A DNA stretch of 64,000 nucleotides from assembly GCF_006345805.1 (NCBI RefSeq), contig NC_042999.1:165230001-165294000 (forward strand), given 5' to 3'. Below, one piece after another: positions 10,978 through 23,925 of the stretch. Positions within the stretch are counted from its first letter, which is position 1. Each line of letters opens with the position of its first letter. The notes under the pieces were generated by a model. It was not told where the DNA came from. It was given only the letters and a program-made list of their open reading frames with translations, and searched no databases. A program made the position numbers and the translations under genes. The DNA comes from Octopus sinensis. Taxonomy: Eukaryota.

Positions 10978-11068
10978 AATTTGGTACGATCGTTTCGTAC
11001 TACATAATTTTATTAAATGTTGTAAGTATTTCAACAGATTTAAGATGCTGAGTACTCATCAGCCAATT
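10978..11068 (-). ncRNA. Type I HHR in PLE 3' terminal repeat, GUA cleavage
   Basis: Minus strand: AATTGG-CTGATGA-GTACT...AGTAC-GAAA-CGATCG-TA-CCAAATT; canonical core, palindromic helix III, long helix II (TTAAA/TTTAA, TGTTG/CAACA). Confidence 0.85.
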
Positions 11069-11655
11069 ATAGAGGTTTTCCATTAATACAAAAATTTTCA
11101 AATCAAGTGGCAACATTATAGAGAAGGTAGATATACAGACAAAGGTGTGGATTTAAATTTTAAGAACATATGAGGTAGTGAAGTCCTTCTACTGACAGAC
11201 TAAGATGTGGCTGTTCCTAACTGCTGTAAGGTTAGAAGCAATAAAGATTTTTAATTGTAGAAATGGGGTAAAGGAGGTTTCAGAACTCCATAAAAAGAAT
11301 TCATGTTGAAGACAGCAATTGCCACTAATAAATGCCAATTACTGCTATTTGGTGAGAGAAACTAGGTCAATGTCAAATGGTTCTAATCCCATTCACAGAG
11401 TGTAATTTAGAGAGAAAAAAGGGGGGGAACCTATCACTTATTATCATGAGTAGGCATAGTATTTTTTTTAACTGGGGGAAAGCCTTATTAATTTTAAAGC
11501 TAGGTTAAATTTAGAAAAAAATTCCAATTTCAAGTTTGCAGTGAAGTTTTTTTAGTCATCTATGAATGTTAGATTGAAAGCTAGTATAGTATATTTCTTC
11601 TTATTTGATTATAAAGAATTAAAATTTGAAAAATATAGGAATACTCACAAAATTA

Positions 11656-12403
11656 TTATTTAAAGTATTTAAACGTTCGTGTTGTACAATGTCTACAAGA
11701 TAATCCCAACTCCAGACGGTTATTCAACAGATTTTTATTACTCTGATGTTTTAAAATTTCATAAGTTTCCATAGAACAAAGTTGACAACCATCCCTACTA
11801 TTTCTATATGGTTGAACCCTTCTAACTATATCCCATTTTTGATTGAATTCTATATTATTTGTTTTTAGTTCCCAAATTTTGCTAGATGGTGTTGTGCAAC
11901 CTGCCTTATGTTTTAGTCTAAAAGAGGAAAAATGATTGTTAAGACGTCTTTTAAGATCCACCGAACATCCGAAATAAAGAAAGCTATTGCTAGAAGTTAT
12001 CGTGCATTTATAAATTACGTTTTGGACCGAACAACGACCAGATACCGGACATTTTGATCTAATCCTACAATTACAACGGGGGGAGGGATAGTGTCCGGTA
12101 CTGGAATTATTTAAGGACAGTTCACTTACATTACTATTATTTAAATTATTATTTGTATTAATATTACTTTCATTATTAGTAATCACGTTGTTATGCAAAT
12201 TAGTGTTACTAGTTATTAATCCATCCTCACCATCATCACCTACCATACTTTTATCTATACTACCTATATTATTGGTATTGTTATTATCACTATTTACATC
12301 AATGTTGTTATTATTATTATTATTGTCATCATCATTATTAATATTATTTTTATTATTATTATTACCATTATAATAATAATAATAATTATTATTATTATTA
12401 TCA

Positions 12404-12434
<31 letters not shown>

Positions 12435-12987
12435 TGTTAATGCTATTATTACAATTAATATTACTATCATTGTTGTTACTATTCATTCTACTCCTGGCTA
12501 ACTTAATGTTTTTACTATTATATCTAGCTATTATGGTAGCCATGTTTGGGAGAGTGGAATATGAAATTCTTACTGATCTTCTAGAAATTATTTTATGATA
12601 TTTATGGGAGGCTGGGAAATTTTTTGCCAGTATAGATTTAAATCTACTGTACACATTCGTCGAGATAGTAGAATTAAAGGGGATATTTAGCCAAATGATA
12701 TTTTCTCTTTTATATTTTTTGTGTAAGTAAGAGTGGGAAGGATTAGTATTATCAGTATTCGTACGAGAATTATTATTCCTTTTAGTGCTATTTTTATGCC
12801 TATCGGGTTTATCTAGGTTAGCATTTTCATATTTATTTATGATCTGTTCACTATTTTTATTTCTATAATTAGGTTTATACACTAGGTTCTTTTTCTCTAT
12901 TAATTTATGTTTATGTAGGGTATGAGAGTTTATATTACTTACGTCATTTACATTCACTATATTATTTAGGAGATTTGAGCTATCCAT
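11656..12987 (-). CDS. PLE C-terminal region: Asn-rich linker, Cys cluster and GIY-YIG endonuclease (443-aa open frame, part of a broken element)
   Basis: RENIIWLNIPF...ISYSTLPNM, CNCRIRSKCPVSGRC, VIYKC, LYFG, KRRLNNHFSSF, SKIWELK, CQLC, LLNNRLEL..CRH. Confidence 0.85.
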
Positions 12988-13336
12988 ATCAAGGAAGGTG
13001 ATTTCCTGGTCATATCTAGCCTTGGATAATGCGATACTGTAATGGTTAGAGTGAGAGTTAAAGATTTCACTATTTGATGATAATTTAGAAATTCTTTGAG
13101 AAATATTTTTAACTAATGATTTTAGTATATTCGGGGGTGATTAGATGACTTACTTACATATCTAGTGACTTCGCCCGCCTTTCTAAATGGGTAATGTAAC
13201 TTTGAATTTAGGTCTAAGGTAACGCCTAGGAAATTAATTATCTTAGTGTTAGGTTAATAAGTAATGCCTAGGTTAAAATCTTTGAAAAATTTGCTAATTT
13301 TCTTTTTTATCCTCTCAATACTTGATTTATTATTGC

Positions 13337-13385
<49 letters not shown>

Positions 13386-13526
13386 GTGTATATAAGCACA
13401 TATATATATATATGTATGTGTGTACTTATATACACACATACAAACATGCATATATACACACACATACACAGACAGACACACATACACACACATTTATATG
13501 TATGTTTATACACACACATACATACA

Positions 13527-13688
13527 CAGGACCTACTCAAGGTACCGGCAACTTGGGCAGTCACAAGGGACTGTGCTCGGGGGCGCCAAGGAGGGCCTGA
13601 CAAAAACAAAGAAATTTCCACGACCATCAGATTGTACACACCGAAGCTCAGCTTGCCCGGGGCAATAGTAACCTAAGGGCCGGCCCTG
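13527..13688. mobile_element. Small hAT-like MITE
   Basis: The right end ...CTAAGGGCCGGCCCTG matches a degenerate left end CAGGACCTACTCAAG; it sits inside a CA microsatellite. Confidence 0.5.
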
Positions 13689-13790
13689 CACACACATATA
13701 CGACGGGTTTCTTTCAGTTTTCCTCAACTAAACCACTCACAGCCTGTGGTAAGCACAGGTATATATTAGAGAACATTTACCCAAAGTTTC

Positions 13791-14038
13791 TGTGAAGGCA
13801 CGTGGCTTAGGGTGTCAGCATCATGATCGTAAGATTGTGGATTCGATTCCTGGACCGGGTGACGCGTTGTGTTCTCGAGCAAAACACTTCATTTCACGTT
13901 GCTCCAGTCCACTCAGCTGGCAAAAATGTGTAATCCTGCGAGGGACTGGCGTCCCTTCCAGATGGAGAACACATACACCATACAAACCGGGAAACCGGGC
14001 CCATGAGCCTGGCCATGCTTTAAAAGGGCGCATTTATA
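13791..14038 (+). mobile_element. tRNA-derived SINE (CORE/V-like family) nested in another SINE
   Basis: Head with GGATTCGATTCC B-box; 14-bp TSD TTACCCAAAGTTTC at 13777-13790 and 14039-14052. A related copy lies at about 32525-32880. Confidence 0.75.
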
Positions 14039-14793
14039 TTACCCAAAGTTTCACGTAGTGGAGCTAAAACCCGAAACCATATGGTTAAGAGACAAGCTTC
14101 TTACTACAAAGCCATGCCTGCATAAATACATACATACCTACCTATCTACCTACTTATATAGCTACCTACATACATACATACATACATACATACATACATA
14201 CATACATACATACATACATACATACATACATACAATAATATAAGATTCGGGTAAAAACCTTGTAGAATGCTATGCAAAGCTTGTCCACAGATATTGGCTA
14301 TCTGATGTCATCATACAGTAGAAATGCTCCTGCTGCTGGATATATATCAGGAATTCCATAGTAGAATTTATACAAGCAGATAAATGGTAGAAAATGGAAC
14401 TGGTGACGTTATTCATTTAAAATGAATTTAAAAGAATGGTAATTTATAATCAATCAGAGCCTTTTCTTTTCCTTCGAATATTTTTCTCTATTTAAGCCTT
14501 TTGCTTTTGATTATAATTGTATTTGGTCTGTCATTATATCTATGGTTTTATCTTTATCTGTAAACTGCTGGGAATGACACGTCACTTTAGGTATGCATTA
14601 TCACACTGTAAAATGGTGAGAGAATCTAACGGAAGAATCATTTAACAATCGCCTGAGGAAGCGCAGTTTACACCTTGGATTTCTAATAATGATTACTCAA
14701 TATCTTACCAATGTACAAATGGTATAAGAAGGTGTTGAAACAATTGTAATGATTTTTAAATACTGTTGTTAATTCCATTTTCTATCACTCATC

Positions 14794-14825
<32 letters not shown>

Positions 14826-15089
14826 TGTATGTATGTATGTATGTATGCATGTATGTATGTGTGTATCTATGTATGCATTATGTATGTATGTCTGTATGCA
14901 TGTATGTACCTACGTACGTGTGTACATACGTAAGTATGTACTTGTGTTCGTACGTATGCATGTATGTATTATGTATTATGTATGTACGTGTGTACGTACG
15001 TATGTATGTGTGTGTATGTATATATGTAAATATGTAGGTATGTATGTATGTGTATGTGCATGCTTGTGATATATATATATATATATATA

Positions 15090-16793
15090 CACTACCGTCA
15101 GAAATTAATTAGCACCCTTGATTTGCTCTTCACTCAAGGTATGTGCTGTCACCTAGTGGCCATATCTCGAACTATTGCTTTGTTGCGAGTTCACTGTTGC
15201 GCAGAACGATGACGGAACTTTGTTTGCAGAGCGGTTTGAGAGTCTACAGCCTAATGATGTTGACATAGCAGTGCAACAACTTGGAGTGCGGATGCAGACA
15301 AATCTTCCTTTGTTTAATAGATATAGGTAGCGCCTCGCAAGGACCGAAATCACACCGTACTAAGTTTTCTCATCGCGTAAGACGTTTTGAACAGCTCGTA
15401 GGTTAATTGATCTGTGTATTTGCAAGACATTTTTTCCTCACAAATTCTCCTACACTCTGCTTCGTGACGTCACTTCCGGTTCACAAAACTTTCTGTTATA
15501 CATCAAATAGGGTGAGAAATTCTGCTTTCTTTCTTTTTTGTTTAATGAATAATAACTCATAGCAGTTTTGTTATAGCATAACATTATTCAAATGAATAGT
15601 TTTAATGAAAATAACTGGTTTTTATCGTTCATTCCTAGATGGGCCCAAGACCTCGCATGACCTTGGAGAGACGGTACGAGGCTCTCTCGTGGCGTGGGAA
15701 GCTGTCGGAGGCTGCAATAGCCAGAAAACTTGGTGTAGCCAGGCGCACAATTCAGTGCTTATTTAAGAAAGACGAGGAAACCGGATCAGCAGCTGAGAAA
15801 AAGGGTAGGGGGCGGAAGAGGCTGACGACCCAACGGGAGGACCGGATGCTGATCCGAAAGTCACTGAACGACCGAAGGGCAACAAGCCGGCAACTGGCGG
15901 AGGAGATGCAAAAGGTGACAGGGAAGCAGTTGTCTACAACCACCGTCAAGACCAGATTACTGGAAGCTGGTCTAAAATCCTGTAGGGCCGCCCGTAAGCC
16001 GCACTTTACAGCCCAAAACCAGAAGAGGCGGCTGCTCTGGGCCCGTGCACACAAGACATGGACCGTGCAGCAGTGGCGGACAGTGATGTTCACTGACGAG
16101 TCACGATTCAGTCTCGTCAGTGACAAGCTTGTCCATGTGCGACGCCGCAGGGGTGAGCGCTTCAACAAAGTCTGCATTGCTCCCACCATGAAGCATGGTG
16201 GGGTGGTCTGATGGTGTGGGGGGCGTTCAGCTACAGTGGTGTTGGGCGGCTCTATGCCATCGAAGGCAACATCAACGCCACAAAGTACGTTGAGATAGTA
16301 TGGAATGCTGCCATACCCTCTGCGGGATACCTCTTTGGTGGCGAGGAGTACGTGCTCCAGCAGGACAATGCGCCTCCCCACACAGCCAAGCTCACAACCG
16401 GTTTCTTCAAGGACCATGGGGTGACGGTCATGATCTGAACCCTATTGAGAACCTCTGGAGTCGATTGGGTAGGGATTTGAATGTGCAGCAATACAGGAAC
16501 CGACACGAGCTGTTTGGGGCACTTCTTGCTGCATGGAGGGCCATCCCTGCACAGTACCTGCAGGCACTCATAGACAGCATGCCGGCCCGCGTAGCAGCTG
16601 TCATTGCTGCCAAAGGAGGAGCAACAAGATATTGACTAAATTTCACGATTAATAACAATTATGTGGTATGCTGGGATATGTTTTATAAATTTTTGATTAA
16701 AAACGAGTTCGTTCTGATAATAAGTTAATTAAATTAAGAAATGTAAGAAAATGTAGAAACTTGAGAAGTGCTAATTAATTTCTGACGCAAGTG
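15090..16793 (+). mobile_element. Full-length Tc1-family DNA transposon
   Basis: 26-bp imperfect TIRs (CACTACCGTCAGAAATTAATTAGCAC / GTGCTAATTAATTTCTGACGCAAGTG), TA on both flanks, internal transposase. Confidence 0.92.
15639..16635 (+). pseudogene. Tc1 DDE transposase, frameshifted
   Basis: HTH domain with GRGRKR, then FTDESRF, VMVWG, QQDNAPPH, DLNPIENLW. Frameshift near 16205; the WPxxSP segment is deleted near 16435. Confidence 0.92.
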
Positions 16794-16806
16794 TATATAT
16801 ATATTC

Positions 16807-17000
<194 letters not shown>

Positions 17001-17030
<30 letters not shown>

Positions 17031-17077
17031 ATGGATAGTTGAGTGCTTGTGTATCACTTTCTAGCTTCATCGGAGCT
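17001..17077 (-). ncRNA. Degenerate type I HHR (core CCGAUGA)
   Basis: AGCT-CCGATGA-A GCTA..GATACA..TGTATC..TAGC G-GAAA-CAGCTG-TA-AGCT; palindromic helix III, two deviations from consensus. Confidence 0.5.
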
Positions 17078-17173
17078 TTAAAAATGTAATGCATTTTTAT
17101 TTGGGAAAGCATTTACGCATACTCCGCGCACGTACACACACAAACATACACACAAACATACACACAAAAACAC

Positions 17174-17211
<38 letters not shown>

Positions 17212-18724
17212 TTATATGCAGTTACATCCATGTCCGGTCATAAAGTGACCAATGGTTACCCATCCATAAAGTGCCCAGCCACATGGACGACTCGTCAGAC
17301 TCTAAAACTGCAGGCATATATAACTCTTCAACTCTGGGAGGCAGGAATTTGTTACGGTTCCTTACTTAGTAAGTAACTAGCGAATAAACAATCTAGGTCG
17401 GCGAGGGCGGGTTATCTCCCTTAGATTAATTCATCTGGAGAATAAGAGAGGAAATGGGGTATTTCGCCCTTAGGCTGCTTTTAGTTCGTCAGGACATTTC
17501 CGGATCTAATCTGCTTGCAGGAGATAGCGTTTGAAATAGATGGAGGGACTATAAATTTCCTGGTGAGAGTTCGGTACCTCTGTTTCAGGGAGCGATGCAA
17601 AGTTTGCTGTACCTGCTCCCGTTAATGTAGAATCCCGGCTGCTCTATGATCCTCCACTTGATATCATCGTACGGGGGGTCTTCGTCTCTGAGGCACCACG
17701 CGTGACTTGTCAGGAATGTGACGAATCGTCTTTCCGGAATCCTTGAAGACAGTCCTGGCTGATCCGATGTATTTCTAAGCTTGTATCTTGGTTGTGTTCT
17801 CATTTCGGCCAAACTTATTTAATTGGCACATAAATAATGTGAAACAAATAAGAGTAATCTCTTTAATTTTCTCTTTGCTAAGAGACTAACAAGCAGCATT
17901 CACTTTTCTATATTTCTAGAAGTACAGCCGTTCCTAACTGTAGTCTAACTACTTTGAACTCTACTACATGAATTTCATGGTTAAAGTTATTTACTGAATA
18001 TTTCATCACACCGCTAACCTATTTATCATATGCAAATTAACCTAACCACGTCATGTACTATATGCAAATTAATCTAACCACTTTATCGAGCTACTGATTT
18101 GTGGCTGATTTAAATAACATTTACTATAATGTTATTTTCGTGGGTGGAAGGATGTGTGGTCCTTGTTCTCTGAGGATTGATCAAATAGCTAAGAGAAGTA
18201 GAATAATCGCTTATTGGCAACTAATACCACTCCAAATGCGAGGGGAGGGGTGTAATTTCAAAACTCAAAAATTTCTCTAAATTTAACATGCCATTGAGGA
18301 AAATACGGCCTAATCGTCTGTAAACAAAACGAAAACTGCGACGTCTATTTCTGCTTCAACAGGTGTCACTTTCTCCGCCAGAAATTTCGTGAGCCATTGA
18401 TCGGTCTCTTATAAACTTATAAATAACAACACTGTTTTTCGTTAAAATACGATATAAAATTTAAATCACTAAATAAATAAATATTGAGATATACAAAAAT
18501 GGCTTGTAACAGAGTTAAATTCATATCTGTGAAACATATTCTTTCTACCGCACGTTTCAATCTTGGAATATATATATTTAATATATCATACTGTACATTA
18601 CAACGTGTAATTGCAAATTTATATTTAAACATTCATTTTTGTTCTTAATTTCTAAGTCTGTCCTTTAAAAATAATTTGAATTCACAACATTAAAAGTAAA
18701 TACACTTATTATAATTCTCAAAAG

Positions 18725-18776
18725 CACCACTGAAGGGTATGATAAAAATATCCAGGAACGTCCCCTACAAGAAAAT
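18725..18776 (+). CDS. Candidate penultimate exon of paralog 1 (phase 1 to phase 2)
   Basis: AG|CACCACTG...AAGAAAAT|GTAAGT; joins in frame to 19182 (…ISRNVPYKKI-HHDD). The acceptor is weak. Confidence 0.3.
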
Positions 18777-19181
18777 GTAAGTGATTAATTATAATAATGC
18801 GTCATAACAATGTTAATTACAAATGTATTGCGGAGGAAAGAAATTATTTTCTTAATGAATATTTCTATCTTGAAAAGCCATTGGAGATAATCCTGGAATA
18901 TAGATTCTATTAAATCTTATTTAAAATGAAATGCAGTGGAGAGGGGGACACTTGTGGATATGTTGCAGTATTAACAGAATTCTTCAGCGAAGCATATTCA
19001 CACTGGTTCCATCCCATGAGCTATTACCACGCTGGGATACCGTCATTAACCTAAAGCTTGCCTGGAGAACTTTTAGGCTGCTTAGGTCAGAGCTTTTTCT
19101 GATGGGATGCCAGCCCACCGTAAGGTTAATCCCTAGCTATTAGTAGCACTCAATATTGTATACTTAGTCTATCTCTTTCAG

Positions 19182-19293
19182 TCACCATGACGATGCCAAA
19201 CCTAATTTACCCCAAGATGAGATGTGAAAGTATTCTTCCTTCCTCCTCTTCATTGCTGTAACGATTTGCTTTACCTTACTCGAGCAGAATTAA
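19182..19293 (+). CDS. Coding-like exon, paralog 1 (HHDDAKPNLPQDEM*KYSSFLLFIAVTICFTLLEQN*)
   Basis: Acceptor TCTCTTTCAG; gap-free homology to the exon at 62276 with several synonymous third-position changes; in-frame TGA at 19225-19227. Confidence 0.5.
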
Positions 19294-20059
19294 TCATGAA
19301 ATTTGTCATCTCATTACATAATTAGTCTCAGCATCCAACTTCGTATATAATTACCCTTAATTCTCCTCCAGCTAGCCGCAGTAGGGTTTCATACGCAAAC
19401 GGAACTAAAGATTTCCAGTGCATTATAGAAGCTTTGCGTTCCCCAAAACGCTTGCCATAATGTAGAATTCCGTAACTCAAATGCTGTTTTCATTCACTTT
19501 CACATTACAAGAAAGTCAATGAACTTAGAAGTCGTTTCATGTTACGGCAATACCTTCAGGAATGCAACACTTTCAGATTCTTGTATTACAATTACTAATT
19601 TCTAAGTATTATTCAATATGAGATTTTAAAAAAAATTATTCTCGTCAGGTTCTTACGCATACAGTATATCAATTTCATATATTGACTTGTTTCGTTGTTT
19701 AATCCATGCTTATCCTTGAATCAGAAAATCTACAGCCGTGTGGAACCGGTTTCTTCTTCTTCAAGCAGAGTGTATTTATAGATACATTTTCCAATTCTTT
19801 CTCCATATTTTAAAACGGCATCTTGTGACTTGAGATAGATTTGGCTGCTATTTCTAGCAGGGTGAACGAGCTCGTAGTTCCCTAGTTCCTTAGTTCAAGT
19901 ATCAAGAAAGACTTAAAATGTTGGAAGAAGGGTTAGGCGATTACATGAAAGGTAAAACCGACCTCGGTGGAATTTGAACACAGAACGTAAAGACAGGAAA
20001 TGTCGGTAAGTATTTTATCCGGTGTGGTAACGATTCAGCCAACTCGCCAATTTTAGAAA

Positions 20060-20460
20060 GGTGAAAATGGCTTCAAATTTTGGCACAAGACCAGCAATTT
20101 CGGAGGAGGCACTGGTGTTCAACTGCTATTTATTTTATCGACTCCGAAAAGATGAAAGGCAAAGTCGTCCCGTCTTTACGTCAGAACGTAAAGATGGACG
20201 AAATGTCCAGCGCGTGCCAGCTCACCGCCTTTTAGAAAGGCAATCCTTTCTATTATAGGCACAAGGCCTGAAAATTTGGGGAAGGGGATAGTCTATTACA
20301 TTGGCCCCAGTACTCGACATGTATTCATTTTATCGACGCCGAAAGGATGAAAGAAAATGTTGACCCGGCAGAATTTGAACTCAGAAGGTAAAGACGGACA
20401 AAATACCTCTACGCATTTTACCCGACGCAGTAACGATTCTGCCAGCTCGCTGCTTTTTAG
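20060..20460 (-). mobile_element. Stack of tRNA-derived SINE (family B) fragments
   Basis: Reverse complements of the 26058 family (TTCTGAGTTCAAATTC, TTCATCCTTTCGGGGTCGATAAA). Other copies at about 36780-37090, 39900-40100, 40620-40780, 53830-53900, 59225-59350. Confidence 0.8.
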
Positions 20461-21340
20461 AAAAAGTAATAACATTACACATCCAAGTATTTTAAAACTA
20501 TTCCTACAAGTATTTGTGGTTATAATCAGTGAAAACTATTGCCTTTTTCGTCATTTTACCATTTTCGTAAGATGCCTGCATATGTATGTATATATGTATG
20601 TGTGTATGTGAATTTTAATGTATACTAATAAGATTATATCGATATTTAGATTATATCGATATCGAAAGAAAACGATTAAATTATTTTCCTTTCGTATTAA
20701 TATGTAGTAATTTTAGAAGTATATACCCTCACAAATATAACGAAAATACTGTGCGAAAAGCCTTTAGCAAAATTAAGCATTTTTAGTATGGTCGTGATGT
20801 TGTTCTTAAAGGTATGATCAACGATAAACAATGTTTGTGTACTGCTTGTTCAATTTTCAAAATCACTCTAAATTGACTATACTTTTTCATTCTGTTCATT
20901 TAGCCAGGAATATCAGGGACCCGAAAACATATGGTTGAGAAGCAAACCTCTCTCTACACAACCATGCCTACGCCTAATGATAATATATACTTTTTTTTTT
21001 TTTTTACAGCAGTTAAATAAATAATAATATTTGAGACTTATCGAATCAGAAAGATTTGATCACTGCAATACGCTGATATACGGATAGTATCACAGCAATT
21101 CATAATTAGCGACGACACATTAAGTTAAGGAAATGAGAACGACTTTCAGTGAGATTTATCTACATAACTCCACGTTGTGTCTTAAGCCGTTATTGATATT
21201 TGAAGACAAAATGATTGAGGAACCATCGCATAGGAGAAAACGACATAACCTACTGCAACGTGCCAGCGAGGACATTGTAAGTCTCGTATCTGAATTTGTT
21301 CTTTGCATGCATCATACGATTAAACACACACAAACACACA

Positions 21341-21379
<39 letters not shown>

Positions 21380-21483
21380 TGTATATACGTATAGGCGCAG
21401 GCGTGGCTGCGTACTAAGAAGCTTGCTTCCCAACCACATGGTTCCGGGTTCAGTTCCACTGCGTGGCACCTTGGACGTGTGTC

Positions 21484-21562
<79 letters not shown>

Positions 21563-21917
21563 GAGAGAGATTTGGGCGCGAATATACGGTATATCTGTAT
21601 ATGATATATATAATATATATATATATATCTTGCTGTTCTGTTAAAGTTGGATCAACAAAAAGAGTACTCTATCCAATGAGAGATAAACATCGTTTAATGC
21701 ACACTGTATTAAAATATGAGCTACCATTAGTTTCCTAACATTGACACGCGTGGTTTGGTGTCTCCAAGCCATCTACAGGCTCCGGTCACATGGTTTCTTC
21801 TATAAGAAAATCAGGATGCTGGTACATGAGAAAACACGGGTTGGCTCAAAAAGTGGAATGAACAAAAACGCAAAATGGAAGGGAATAGAAAAAAGAAATT
21901 AGAGGTACGACCCTTTG

Positions 21918-21954
<37 letters not shown>

Positions 21955-22035
21955 ACGTATGTATGTATATATGTATGTAAATGTATACATGTATTTATGT
22001 ATATGTATATATATATACATATACATATATATATG

Positions 22036-22068
<33 letters not shown>

Positions 22069-22745
22069 ATTGTATATATGCAATATTTATGTAACGCACA
22101 TATATATTCATATTATACATACATGTATTATATATGTAATATATATATATGAACATGTATGTGAAATATACGTGTGTGTGTGTGTGTGTATTAAATATAT
22201 GAAAATAAAGATAAATGCAATGTATGTACGTTTACCTATGTACGTGCATACGAAAGGTGTATAACGTACATATTATCTATGTACGTGTACATATGTTAGT
22301 ATGTACGTACGTGCATAATACCAAGCAGAACTCGTTTTCCATAAATATTCAAGTATTTCTGACCTACAACTATAAGGCTTTTAGTAACAGCCAATAAACG
22401 CCATTGCCTTTCATTCAATATAAATTGATTCTTGGTGTTACTGTTTTCTATATGGAGCTATGTCTGTGTGTGTGCATGCATTTATACGCTAATGTATATA
22501 TTAATAAACTTATATCGATATTTCGTCTGAATGATAACGATTAAATTATTTTCTCACGTTATAAATACATAGTAATTACAAATATAAAATGTTCACATAC
22601 AAAAAAATGAATATTAATATGTGCAGAGCGTTTAGCAAAATTCTCGATTAAGACGAACATTTTCGAGTTTAGATCGATAAGGATGTGTATGCCGAGCCAA
22701 ATTAAGAGCATTTGAAAATGAAATTAGGTTTTTATATATTCAATA

Positions 22746-23835
22746 GAGTGATACCTCGCTGTACGAATTTAATTCGTTCCATGGCCGAGCTCGTCTTACG
22801 ATTTACTCATTTTACAAATCAATTTTCCCCACTGAAATTAACTAAAGTATAATTAATCCGTTCCAGCCTCCCAAAACCAGACAAAAATAATTTTTTATGA
22901 GCTTTAAAACCGAGAAGGTGTAGCTACAAGTAAAATGACAATTACAAAAAAGAGAATGCAAAAGAAATATGTAAACAGGATTTATTAACTGAATTAAGTT
23001 AAAGATGGCACTATTTGTGCGCGAGGAAGACGATTGAACGGGGAGAAGAAGGATTACTGCTTGGAAGGAGATTCCCCTTCCATTAAGACTTCAGGAAGAA
23101 CAGTTTCTGGCCTTTTCTCTCTCCGTTTAATTTAGGCATTTTGGGCGCACTTCACTTTTTACACTTGCAGGTCGTTTCCTTAGAAACATATCGAGAGAAG
23201 TCTGTTTTTTCCCGCCTTTCAAAATGTTGCGAAAATGCGCCGCCAGAGCAGAGTCATTAAATAAAGCAACTGCACCACCTCTACCGACTTTTTCAAGATG
23301 ATATTTTTCTACAAATTTAGAAAACATACTGCCACTTTGCCAAGAGATTGCATTCTCTGTTATACTGTCCTCTTCCTTGAAACCAATCTCTTCCACCGCA
23401 TCCAAATGCTGCTGCTCCTGAAGCTGCAGGAGTTCATCTGTGGTCAACCCCTCTGAGTGTTCCTCGTCGTGATCGTTAACATCCCCATCATCAACCTCAT
23501 TGCCCATAGACTTGCCAGGATACACTATCTCCTCGACTACAGATGTCTCAGACTCTTTCGGATACGCAGTCAGTCACGGTTTCTTCCATGCGGAATTTAG
23601 AGTTCTCCTTGTTACACTCTGCCAGGCCATATCAATGATTTTCAAGCAGTTGACAATGTTGCAGTGCTCCTTCCAAAACTCACGAAAGGTTAAATTTGTG
23701 TTTTCGGTGGCTTCAAAACATCGACGAAATAGGTGTTTGGCGCATAATTTCTTAAAATTAAAAATCACCTGTTGGGCCATGGGCTACAAGATAGGGTGGT
23801 GTTGCGTGAAAGGTTCAGAACTTTTATGTATAGCG
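22746..23835 (-). mobile_element. Tigger/pogo (TIGD1-like) DNA transposon relic, 5'-truncated
   Basis: Terminus TA-GAGTGATACCTCG; frameshifted DDE_1 C-terminus (QQVIFNFKKL..KHLFRRCFEATENTNLTFREFWK..NSAWKK; HFRNILKGGKKQTSLD). Confidence 0.85.
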
Positions 23836-23925
23836 TGAAATCTGGTTAATCTGCTAATATTGCTGTTGGATGGTACATTGCTGGTAATGCGGATAGCAAG
23901 TCTAGGTGTCACCGTAGCTTCATAG

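Larger units (their letters stand above)
10945..13335 (-). mobile_element. 5'-truncated Penelope-like element (Neptune/Naiad type; clade not resolvable by eye)
   Basis: RT-thumb remnant at about 13000-13330 ([30 protein letters not shown]), GIY-YIG ORF at 11656-12987, 3'UTR with HHR; both ends lie in (TA)n. Confidence 0.9.

Noticed and set aside
15752-16658. Minus-strand ORFs (221, 84, 76 aa)
   Set aside because: Antisense shadows of the GC-rich Tc1 transposase.
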